DNA from: Trichodesmium erythraeum IMS101 | GTDB taxonomy: Bacteria; Cyanobacteriota; Cyanobacteriia; Cyanobacteriales; Microcoleaceae | DNA length: 32,000 bases | Assembly: GCF_000014265.1 (NCBI RefSeq) | Contig: NC_008312.1 | Span: forward strand, 6,540,001-6,572,000 | Direction: 5' to 3' | Part shown: one piece after another, positions 25,504 through 32,000 of the stretch | Position numbering within the stretch: the stretch's first letter is position 1 | How the letters are laid out: every line of letters starts with the position of its first letter | Notes under the pieces: model-generated | What the model saw: only the letters and a program-made list of their open reading frames with translations | Told to the model about the DNA's origin: nothing | The model's database searches: none | Made by a program: the position numbers and the translations under genes

Positions 25504-25929
25504 ATGAAAAGTGAAAACTTCGCTTTAAACGATAGGGCAAATATGAAAGTAACCAAATCTTTTAGCCAGAAAAAGCTTATTGTAGTTGACAAAGTTAATG
25601 AGCAGTATATAGTTTCAGTTGTCTATTATAAAGACATTTCTGACAATCTTATTTCGGAGATGGAAAATAGGCTTACAATTTACGCTGACATATTCGCAGC
25701 ATTTATAAATTCTCTGCCACTTGAAACTCCGTTTGAAGAGTACGAGAATATTACGTTTAACTTTAAAAGTGTTATACAAAAATATGATGTAAAGGCAGTA
25801 CAAGTCGATACGAAGCATATCAAATCAGACTTAGGTTCAATATTTATAACGTATATAGCAGTGGGGAGAGTGTCTACTTTTGGAAACAACTGCTATGTGT
25901 TTCAGCCAATTCTACAGGAGCGTATGTGA
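25504..25929 (+). CDS. hypothetical protein, FAAY-motif paralogue 4
   Basis: The ATG at 25504 follows the stop of paralogue 3 by 1 nt. The in-frame ATG at 25543 (MKVTKSF, like MKVTTAD of paralogue 1) is an equally plausible start. Contains YADIFAAFINS. Confidence 0.65.
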   Translation: MKSENFALNDRANMKVTKSFSQKKLIVVDKVNEQYIVSVVYYKDISDNLISEMENRLTIYADIFAAFINSLPLETPFEEYENITFNFKSVIQKYDVKAVQVDTKHIKSDLGSIFITYIAVGRVSTFGNNCYVFQPILQERM

Positions 25930-26008
25930 GCGCTAAACTCTTGTAAATAAGCTTCGCTGGAACTAACGATGAGGTTAAAATCATCTCATTCACAGGATAA
26001 TGGGTTTC

Positions 26009-26038
26009 CGCCTGTATAAGTTACAATGCTTATACAGG
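26009..26038 (+). terminator. 11-bp perfect hairpin downstream of the paralogue array
   Basis: gcctgtataag (26009-26019) pairs with cttatacaggc (26028-26038). The loop is ttacaatg. It lies 80 nt after the 25929 stop and has only a weak T-tail (actacttta). Confidence 0.4.
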
Positions 26039-26048
26039 CACTACTTTA

Positions 26049-26978
26049 CAGCACTTTTCAGGTAATTGAACCACAAAGTGCGGTAAAATGGGTTTGATGT
26101 AATTGTTAAATTTAATGCCAGTATCGTATTCGAGTGATTTGCGTCGTCGCGTGATTATAGCTTGGGAAGCAAAAGAAGGCTCTCAACGTCAGTTGGCTGA
26201 AAGATTTAAGGTCAGCTTGTCTATGGTACGAAATTTGTTGCGTCATTATCGTCACTCTTGGACAAATTGAGGCCAAACGACGTGGAGGATATCAGCAGCC
26301 AATAATTTCCTATGATAATCTCAACATCATCAAATCTCTGGTAGAGGAGAAAAATGACTTATTGCTGAGAGAATTATGCGCTCGCTATCAAGAAACAACA
26401 GGAATTAGGGTGAGTATCTCCACAATGCATCGCGCCGTAGAAAAATTAGGCTTACGGTGCAAAAAAAAAGTCTTTATGCCAGTGAGCAAGATACCCCAAG
26501 AGTCCAAGAGTTACAGCACTTTTCAGGTAATTGAACCACAAAGTGCGGTAAAATGGGTTTGATGTAATTGTTAAATTTAATGCCAGTATCGTATTCGAGT
26601 GATTTGCGTCGTCGCGTGATTATAGCTTGGGAAGCAAAAGAAGGCTCTCAACGTCAGTTGGCTGAAAGATTTAAGGTCAGCTTGTCTATGGTACGAAATT
26701 TGTTGCGTCATTATCGTCACTCTTGGACAAATTGAGGCCAAACGACGTGGAGGATATCAGCAGCCAATAATTTCCTATGATAATCTCAACATCATCAAAT
26801 CTCTGGTAGAGGAGAAAAATGACTTATTGCTGAGAGAATTATGCGCTCGCTATCAAGAAACAACAGGAATTAGGGTGAGTATCTCCACAATGCATCGCGC
26901 CGTAGAAAAATTAGGCTTACGGTGCAAAAAAAAAGTCTTTATGCCAGTGAGCAAGATACCCCAAGAGTCCAAGAGTTA
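26049..26978 (+). repeat. exact 2 x 465 bp tandem duplication of the IS630-like left end
   Basis: 26049-26513 and 26514-26978 read identically by eye, including the frameshift and the A9 run. Confidence 0.85.
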
Positions 26979-27535
26979 AGACATGACTATCGACGTTGGT
27001 TAGATAAAATTGATGTCAGAAATTTAGTATTTGTTGATGAAGCCCGAATAAATTTGTCAATGTCTCGTTTATTCGCCAGAGCCGTAGATGGGGAACGAGC
27101 TGTTGGTAGTAGTATCCCAGGTAGCAAGGGTGGAAATGTTTCTTTGATTGGTGCTTTGAACCTGGATGGACTGATTGCGTCGATGACTGTACCAGGAAGT
27201 ACAAATACTGAGGTATTTATCACTTTATTAAACCCAGGTCTTACTACCTCAGTTGTGGCAAGGGGCAATCGTGGTAATGGATAATCTCAAGGTTCATCAT
27301 GCTGAACGTGTCAGAGTTGCCATTGAGTCCGTCGGTGCTCAAGTCAAGTTTTTGCCCCCTTACTCTCCTGATTTATCACAAGTGTGAGCTTTGTTGGTCG
27401 AAACTGAAGCAATTTCTCCGTTCTTGTGAGGCACGTACCCATGAATCACTGGAGCAAGCAATGGCTGAAGTTGTAAATTTCATTACTGAAGATGATGCCT
27501 TCGGTTGGTTCAACCACTGTGGTCTATTTACCTGA
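26580..27535 (+). pseudogene. IS630-family transposase, at least four frame breaks
   Basis: MPVSYSSDLRRRVIIAWEAKEGSQRQLAERFKVS..HYRHSWTN* shifts to GQIEAKRRGGYQQP...LGLRCKKK. After the A9 run (26926-26934) it continues SLYASEQDTPRVQELRHDYRRWL...VFVDEARINL. A further shift gives [16 protein letters not shown]...PYSPDLSQV*, and a last shift gives ELCWSKLKQFLR...NHCGLFT*. Confidence 0.85.
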
Positions 27536-27740
27536 AAATTGCTGTAAATATTGTGAGGCTAGATGGTGAAAACGATGCTGAAATAAAAAAACAGTTTAAT
27601 ATTGCAAGAGCAAACAACAAAGAACTGTTTTCAGTAGACGACTTTAACAATGGTGACATAAAAGCTTTACCAGCATCAACATACTAATCAAGCATGGGGC
27701 ATCTAGCCCCTAATTAACCCAAGAAAACAACAGAAAAACT

Positions 27741-28133
27741 ATGGGAATAATAGAACAAATATTAGAAGAGAGAAAAAGATTTCAGTATAAAATAGAGCAC
27801 CTTTCCATAGAAACTCTAGCAGGCATATACCCTTTTTATGAGCTAAATCATAAGTGGCTTCCATCACAACAGTCAAAGTTTATTGAGTGGATTTTTCTTG
27901 GTTTGCCAGTAAATCCAATATATATTGTTTCAAGAGGCGGTCAGCTTGATGTAGGTTATTGCGCCGAAACAATTGACGGAGCAAAAAGAATCTCTGCTTT
28001 GAAGGCATTTGTTTGCGAAGATTTGGTTCTTAGTGGTTTGCACAGGTTAAAATGTTTAAATGGAGTTAGATTTAAAGATTTACCTGAAGAAGAACAAGAG
28101 CAGTTAACGAGCAAAGATATCAGAAGCAATTGA
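27741..28133 (+). CDS. short DUF262 / ParB-Srx-fold-like protein (paralogue A), DGAKR in place of DGQQR
   Basis: 130 aa. SQQSKFIEWIFLGLPVNPIYIV...ETIDGAKRISALKAFVCEDLVLSG...FKDLPEEEQ follows the DUF262 N-domain pattern (LIDSIL-G-PIP...IDGQQRLT-L--F...F-DLP). Confidence 0.65.
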   Translation: MGIIEQILEERKRFQYKIEHLSIETLAGIYPFYELNHKWLPSQQSKFIEWIFLGLPVNPIYIVSRGGQLDVGYCAETIDGAKRISALKAFVCEDLVLSGLHRLKCLNGVRFKDLPEEEQEQLTSKDIRSN

Positions 28134-28774
28134 CTGTTGTAGGAGCTCTAGCTACTGCCATTAAGCAAACTTTATCAGCTACAAAGCTTGCTGTAGAGGC
28201 GGGGGAACCTGAACTGGTAGAGAGTTTCTGGAAAGAAATGAAAGATATTCAGGAAGGTAACTATGACGAGAGAGAGAAGTTAGCTTTACCATCTAATAAA
28301 GGGAATAACAACGAAAACAACCCAGACGGTGGTCAAGGGCCTCACACTTATGAATCCCTAGTAAAGTTAACTCTGAAAGACATTAAAGAAATTGCTTTTA
28401 ACCTTGATTTATCAGTCAAGCAAGCTAAGGAATATGGATCTGTTAGACAAAAGACTTCTTGGATAACAGCAATACTCAATAAGCAAGACGATCAACTTGC
28501 TGAGAGCAAGCCAATAGTAACTTCTCCACCACTAGAAAAAGGTGAAGATGAAATATTAGACGTTTCTTCTGTAACGCTAATAGAAGAATCAACTGATAAC
28601 TCAATTAGTGAGACAGAGCCTAAACCAGTTAGCGAGACAGATACTAAACCAACTAGCAAACTAGAAACTGAACTAATTAATGAACCAATTAATGAACCAA
28701 TTAATGAACCAATTAATAAACCAGAAACTGAGCTAGATGATTTTAACGACGAAGAAGAATATGCAGGATGGTAG
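28130..28774 (+). CDS. acidic low-complexity protein with possible Rho_N/SAP-like helix pair and INEP repeats, hypothetical
   Basis: The TTG start overlaps the upstream stop (ATTGA). An alternative ATG lies at 28238. LTLKDIKEIAFNLDLSVKQAKEYG resembles Rho-N/HeH-type motifs (weak). The C-terminus is (INEP)x3 INKP and D/E-rich. Confidence 0.5.
   Translation: MTVVGALATAIKQTLSATKLAVEAGEPELVESFWKEMKDIQEGNYDEREKLALPSNKGNNNENNPDGGQGPHTYESLVKLTLKDIKEIAFNLDLSVKQAKEYGSVRQKTSWITAILNKQDDQLAESKPIVTSPPLEKGEDEILDVSSVTLIEESTDNSISETEPKPVSETDTKPTSKLETELINEPINEPINEPINKPETELDDFNDEEEYAGW
28675..28722 (+). repeat. 12-nt tandem repeat x4 (aattaatgaacc), in frame
   Basis: Units are 28675-28686, 28687-28698, 28699-28710 (identical) and 28711-28722 (one mismatch). 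They encode INEPINEPINEPINKP. Confidence 0.9.
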
Positions 28775-28784
28775 AGGTATTATA

Positions 28785-29030
28785 ATGAGTATATTTTTTT
28801 TTTTGACTTTAACGGAGTGTATTTGTAACAATATAAATAGTGAAATACTTGCTATAGAATTTATTGGACATTTTGATCCAACGAATTGCACACAAGAAAG
28901 CATATACAACGAAACCTCTACTTTAAACTCTATTAAGCCCTTTGACTCAAAAGTAGATCCAAGATTAGACGGCAGAGATACAAGAATTTCACCATATTAC
29001 TACGAAACAGAAAGGAGTAATTTATTTTGA
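28785..29030 (+). CDS. hypothetical small protein with hydrophobic N-terminus
   Basis: ATG at 28785 with gaggt 6 nt upstream. 81 aa, MSIFFFLTLTECICNN.... It fills an otherwise non-coding gap in a tightly packed operon. No homology recognised. Confidence 0.35.
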   Translation: MSIFFFLTLTECICNNINSEILAIEFIGHFDPTNCTQESIYNETSTLNSIKPFDSKVDPRLDGRDTRISPYYYETERSNLF

Positions 29031-29203
29031 AAAAAGCACCAAGCTTAGCAGCGTCAAACACAATTACTATTGTTAAACCAAAAACAAACACAACACTTAT
29101 ATGGACCATAACCATAATGTTGTTATCAATAGTAACAATACCAGGTGTTTGGCAGTTTTCTTTTGACTTGTTTCAAAGCATAACCAAAAGTGTAGCTGAT
29201 TAA
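29027..29203 (+). CDS. unlisted 58-aa single-pass membrane protein (below the ORF-track cutoff)
   Basis: TTG at 29027 is preceded by aaaggag (29011-29017) and overlaps the upstream stop (TTGA). Sequence: (M)KKAPSLAASNTITIVKPKTNTTLIWTITIMLLSIVTIPGVWQFSFDLFQSITKSVAD*. TAA at 29201-29203. Confidence 0.4.
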   Translation: MKKAPSLAASNTITIVKPKTNTTLIWTITIMLLSIVTIPGVWQFSFDLFQSITKSVAD

Positions 29204-29260
29204 GAAGTATCTGTGGCAAACTCCGTTAAAAGTTATAAAGCAAAAGGAGTTTGCGTCTAC

Positions 29261-29659
29261 ATGAGACAAGAAAATCCAGTAATATTAGGAAAAGTATTCA
29301 ATCCTGATGAGCTTTGGCAGAAAATAGGAACTGTCAACCTAAATAGAGAATGCTTTTCCAAACATATTACAACAATTTACAACATCAACAACTGTGACTC
29401 AAGGCTTAGAAATTTCATAAGCAGATGTTTAATATCTTGGAAAAAAATAATAGTAGAAAAGTCTTTTGGCCAATCAAGCAGATTTAGCTTTGTAGCGCCA
29501 CATCAAAAGATAATAATTTCCAATGTTGAAACAATAATTAGCTTAGAAAATAGAAAGTTTTTAGTCAAACCAAATGTAATAATCTCATGTTTTTCTACTA
29601 GTTGGGACATAGATAATTACAGAGATATTATTAGAACAACAATAACAGGCTTCAGATGA
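29261..29659 (+). CDS. hypothetical protein
   Basis: ATG at 29261 is preceded by aaggag (29244-29249), so it is preferred over the GTG at 29213. 132 aa. The stop overlaps the next start (ATGA). Confidence 0.6.
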   Translation: MRQENPVILGKVFNPDELWQKIGTVNLNRECFSKHITTIYNINNCDSRLRNFISRCLISWKKIIVEKSFGQSSRFSFVAPHQKIIISNVETIISLENRKFLVKPNVIISCFSTSWDIDNYRDIIRTTITGFR

Positions 29660-30324
29660 GATTTGATAATGAAGAAGACCGTAAGAACCAGAAACTTCAG
29701 ATAAGCATTCTAGGATTCTACGACGAAGAAATAAGACTAATTAAAACTGAAGAGTCATCAGTAATAGTTACTAATTCTAAGGAAACATTACAGTCTAAAA
29801 TAAAAGCTATTAATGCAGTTACACCTGTAATGAAGAATATTAATAATTCTAGTTACTACTACACTATTACTGTACTAAGAATTGACAATTTAAACGTCGA
29901 GTTCTATAACATAGATTCATACTATGAAGTAACAATGGCAAAAATAAACGAAACGCTAGACATAATAAAACGAGTGTTATACTCAGAAATTTCAACGTCA
30001 ATAGTAAGGTATCCATCAGGAAACGTAATATTTTCTTCTGATACTTGCTTAAACAATGACGGAAGTTATACCATAACAGGATTTGACTACACTAACACAA
30101 GCGCTGAAAAATATTACGCTGTTGGTGAGTACGATAAAATGCTGAGATACCTTTTTAAAGATAAATTCCTTCGTGAATACAAGGTGTTAGGTTATCTTTC
30201 GAGAGAACTTTTGGATCCTAACAGGACTAAGCCCTTAAAGGAAGTCGAAGTCTACATAAATAGCAAAATAATTACATTCGGTGGTTTCCCCGCAGCTATA
30301 GAGGAATATTCTATTGCAGCATAA
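29656..30324 (+). CDS. hypothetical protein
   Basis: 222 aa, N/Y/I-rich. The ATGA overlaps the upstream gene. No motif recognised. Confidence 0.6.
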   Translation: MRFDNEEDRKNQKLQISILGFYDEEIRLIKTEESSVIVTNSKETLQSKIKAINAVTPVMKNINNSSYYYTITVLRIDNLNVEFYNIDSYYEVTMAKINETLDIIKRVLYSEISTSIVRYPSGNVIFSSDTCLNNDGSYTITGFDYTNTSAEKYYAVGEYDKMLRYLFKDKFLREYKVLGYLSRELLDPNRTKPLKEVEVYINSKIITFGGFPAAIEEYSIAA

Positions 30325-30355
30325 ATCCTAATTCAACTAAATAATTGAACAACAG

Positions 30356-30387
30356 AAAGCTTGTACCGATTTTGGCACAAGCTTTTT
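30356..30387 (+). terminator. intrinsic-terminator-like hairpin with T-tail
   Basis: aaagcttgtacc (30356-30367) pairs with ggcacaagcttt (30374-30385), a 12-bp stem with one mismatch. The loop is gatttt. It is followed by tt, making a 5-T run. Confidence 0.5.
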
Positions 30388-30408
30388 GTCGTAAAGCAAC
30401 TACTAACA

Positions 30409-30885
30409 ATGTATCAATTAGCAGAGAAAAAAGCAACTATGATTACCGATGAAGAAGTATTTGAAAGCATAAACAAAGATTTCAAGCAGAACACAGGTTT
30501 CTTTGTGTCTGTTATAAAGTGTGGTACTGAATACCTGAGAAGTGTAGATTACGAGAACTCAAAGCTAAAAAACCGCTTAGAGTTTCCTACAAATCTTGTA
30601 AAAATAAGGGTAATAGATTCTCCCATAAATATAATAGAAAGTAACCAATTAGCGAACGCGCTAAACATTTTTTACTTTGAAATAGACTACCAGACAAACA
30701 GGTATTCGTGGGAGGAAAACAGGGAACGTTCTACAGAAAATTTTGTAAAGCTTTTTGAGAAAATAGATAAACACCTATTTGATACGATAGTAAAGAAAAG
30801 AGCGAACGTAGCCTTTCTAATGTCTCACAAAGTAGCTAAGATATCCTTTAAAACAAGGTTTTTCGGGCTTATAACTCGTTTATGA
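30409..30885 (+). CDS. hypothetical protein
   Basis: The ATG at 30409 (MYQLAEKK...) is preferred over the TTG at 30361, which lies inside the terminator hairpin. 158 aa. The stop overlaps the next start (ATGA). Confidence 0.55.
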   Translation: MYQLAEKKATMITDEEVFESINKDFKQNTGFFVSVIKCGTEYLRSVDYENSKLKNRLEFPTNLVKIRVIDSPINIIESNQLANALNIFYFEIDYQTNRYSWEENRERSTENFVKLFEKIDKHLFDTIVKKRANVAFLMSHKVAKISFKTRFFGLITRL

Positions 30886-31466
30886 CCTACGAGTTTAAGA
30901 TGTCAGAGTTTGACCCTGAGATTGACTTAAAATACATAGGTTATTTAGCTTTAGCCTACGACAAAAAGGAAGGAAAACCTGTCTCCTCCCCAAACGACAT
31001 TCTAGTAATAGAGCAGGAAATTAGGGATGTCTCAAGACGCATAAACTATAGAAACACAGAAATCCCCATAGAAAACCTTGTATCAAACATAATCCCGGGC
31101 TTCACATCAGAGTGGGGTATCGAGAAAAAGTCAAGGGTAATTGAAGATGTGTTACTTGGAGTACCTATTAACCCAATATGGGTTGTATCTCTTGACACAT
31201 ACGATGAGGATCGGTTTATAAAGATTATTACTGGAGAAGAAGTCGTAATGGCATTGAGCGATTTTATTTGTAATAAGTTTTCTTTGTTTGGAATGAAACT
31301 AATACAAAGCTCAAAAGGTGTAAAATATCAAGATTTCTCAGTGCAAATGCAGAGGAAAATTACCAGGTCAACTGTCAGGCTTTTAGAACTAAACCCACGA
31401 GTCGAAGGCAAAATCCTGGCATACTTACGCAAGTCAAACGCCTATGGAGTAAATAATGCCTGTTGA
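30882..31466 (+). CDS. DUF262/ParB-like paralogue B, motif degenerate (TGEEV in place of DGQQR)
   Basis: 194 aa. KKSRVIEDVLLGVPINPIWVV...IKIITGEEVVMALSDFICNKFSLFG...YQDFSVQMQ aligns with paralogues A and C. Confidence 0.6.
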   Translation: MTYEFKMSEFDPEIDLKYIGYLALAYDKKEGKPVSSPNDILVIEQEIRDVSRRINYRNTEIPIENLVSNIIPGFTSEWGIEKKSRVIEDVLLGVPINPIWVVSLDTYDEDRFIKIITGEEVVMALSDFICNKFSLFGMKLIQSSKGVKYQDFSVQMQRKITRSTVRLLELNPRVEGKILAYLRKSNAYGVNNAC

Positions 31467-31917
31467 ACTAACAAAGCCTTGGAACATAGACGAAATACAC
31501 TACTGTTGGATAGAATGGCTAATTGAAACGCCTTACACAGAACCAGCAGTAGACTTTGACAACGATGAGAAGTCTAGAGTTATTGAAAAAATTTTCCTTG
31601 GAATTCCCATCGGTCCAATAACCGTAGCACCATTCTCAACAAAGGATTGTAACAAAATAATAGTTGACGGCGCAAAAAGAGTAAAAGCTATAAAAGACTT
31701 TTGTGCTAACAATCTAAAAATGTCTGGACTTCAGGCCTTGTTTAGCCTAAACGGCGCTACTTACCTTGACTTATCAGAGGAACAAAGGTTTGAGTTTAAA
31801 TGTTCTATTATTCACATAGTAAAGCTTGAAGAACATGATGAAGACGCCATAAACTACGTTTGTTCTAGTAACCCAGGCAATAGCCACTGGCTAAAACATG
31901 GTGCTCCGCATGAATAG
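31456..31917 (+). CDS. DUF262/ParB-like paralogue C (DGAKR motif)
   Basis: 153 aa with an 11-nt overlap with the upstream gene. EKSRVIEKIFLGIPIGPITVA...IIVDGAKRVKAIKDFCANNLKMSG...YLDLSEEQRFEF. Confidence 0.65.
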   Translation: MPVELTKPWNIDEIHYCWIEWLIETPYTEPAVDFDNDEKSRVIEKIFLGIPIGPITVAPFSTKDCNKIIVDGAKRVKAIKDFCANNLKMSGLQALFSLNGATYLDLSEEQRFEFKCSIIHIVKLEEHDEDAINYVCSSNPGNSHWLKHGAPHE

Positions 31918-31937
31918 GTAGTGCTTTAGGTAAAACA

Positions 31938-32000
31938 ATGACTGAAGAATTAATCAACCTAACATGGAAAAGTGTAAGTGATATTAACAACCCAGACAAT
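31938..32000 (+). CDS. 5' end of a further ORF running off the window
   Basis: ATG at 31938, 20 nt after the previous stop. 21 open codons (MTEELINLTWKSVSDINNPDN) reach the window edge. Confidence 0.35.
   Translation, partial: MTEELINLTWKSVSDINNPDN

Larger units (their letters stand above)
26049..27544 (+). mobile_element. IS630/Tc1-mariner-family insertion sequence (1031-bp unit, 26514-27544) preceded by an exact extra copy of its first 465 bp (26049-26513)
   Basis: IRL is cagcacttttcaggtaa. IRR at 27529-27544 is tacctgaaaattgctg, the reverse complement with 1 mismatch. TA flanks lie at 26047-48 and 27545-46, and TA sits at the internal junction 26512-13. The transposase has HTH-type N-terminal and DDE-type C-terminal fragments. 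Confidence 0.85.

Noticed and set aside
26362-26562. 66-aa ORF crossing the junction of the two 465-bp IS630 copies
   Set aside because: It is a chimeric frame created by the duplication: a transposase HTH fragment reads into the IR of the second copy. It is not an independent gene.
26922-27535. ORFs 26922-27284 and 27299-27535, plus antisense 26987-27268 and 27016-27204, as separate genes
   Set aside because: The sense ORFs are consecutive frame-shifted pieces of one IS630-family transposase. The antisense ORFs are shadows.
27505-27687. 60-aa ORF downstream of the IS630-like element
   Set aside because: The listed start lies inside the IS right end. Outside the IS only a GTG (27554) giving ~44 aa is available. 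Joining the flanks across the IS does not restore a longer frame, because a TAA lies 48 nt upstream. Coding status is unsupported.

Overview
AT-rich segment, almost certainly from a filamentous (Nostocales-like) cyanobacterium. By eye I found at least 13 perfect HIP1 octamers (GCGATCGC) between bases 1201 and 19823, GTAGGGA-type small dispersed repeats, and IS630-, IS5/Harbinger- and ISAs1-type elements. The window has three blocks. (A) 1-6090 is the 3' part of an R-M-like defence module: a DUF1156/COG1743-type Zn-ribbon DNA methyltransferase cut by the window edge, plus a PLD-nuclease::SNF2-helicase fusion. (B) 6.2-21.4 kb holds 13 genes in five transcription units with no recognisable housekeeping function. 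They are four small WXG100-like helical proteins; a lid-less Hsp70 + coiled-coil + orphan NrdG-type radical-SAM operon; a Zn-ribbon protein with 42/49-aa tandem coiled-coil repeats; a membrane-anchored unknown + Ras-like GTPase operon; a multi-TM coiled-coil protein; a 495-aa coiled-coil protein; and a tandem CbbX/SpoVK/EccA-type AAA+ ATPase. I do not recognise this combination as any named system, and it is my main candidate for an undescribed conflict system. (C) 21.4-32 kb is HIP1-free and even more AT-rich, so probably foreign. It starts with a ~1.7 kb gene desert carrying a recurring CTATAGAAT motif, an ISAs1 transposase relic and a TGA-interrupted ORF. A one-directional array of small unknown ORFs follows, including four paralogues of a 'FAAY-motif' family and three short DUF262/ParB-like paralogues with altered catalytic motifs. 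One FAAY paralogue is split precisely by a degenerate IS5/Harbinger-like element. A degenerate IS630-like element here carries an exact 465-bp duplication of its left end. I saw no rRNA, tRNA or CRISPR array. All functional calls are motif-level recognition by eye. No database search or structure prediction was possible.
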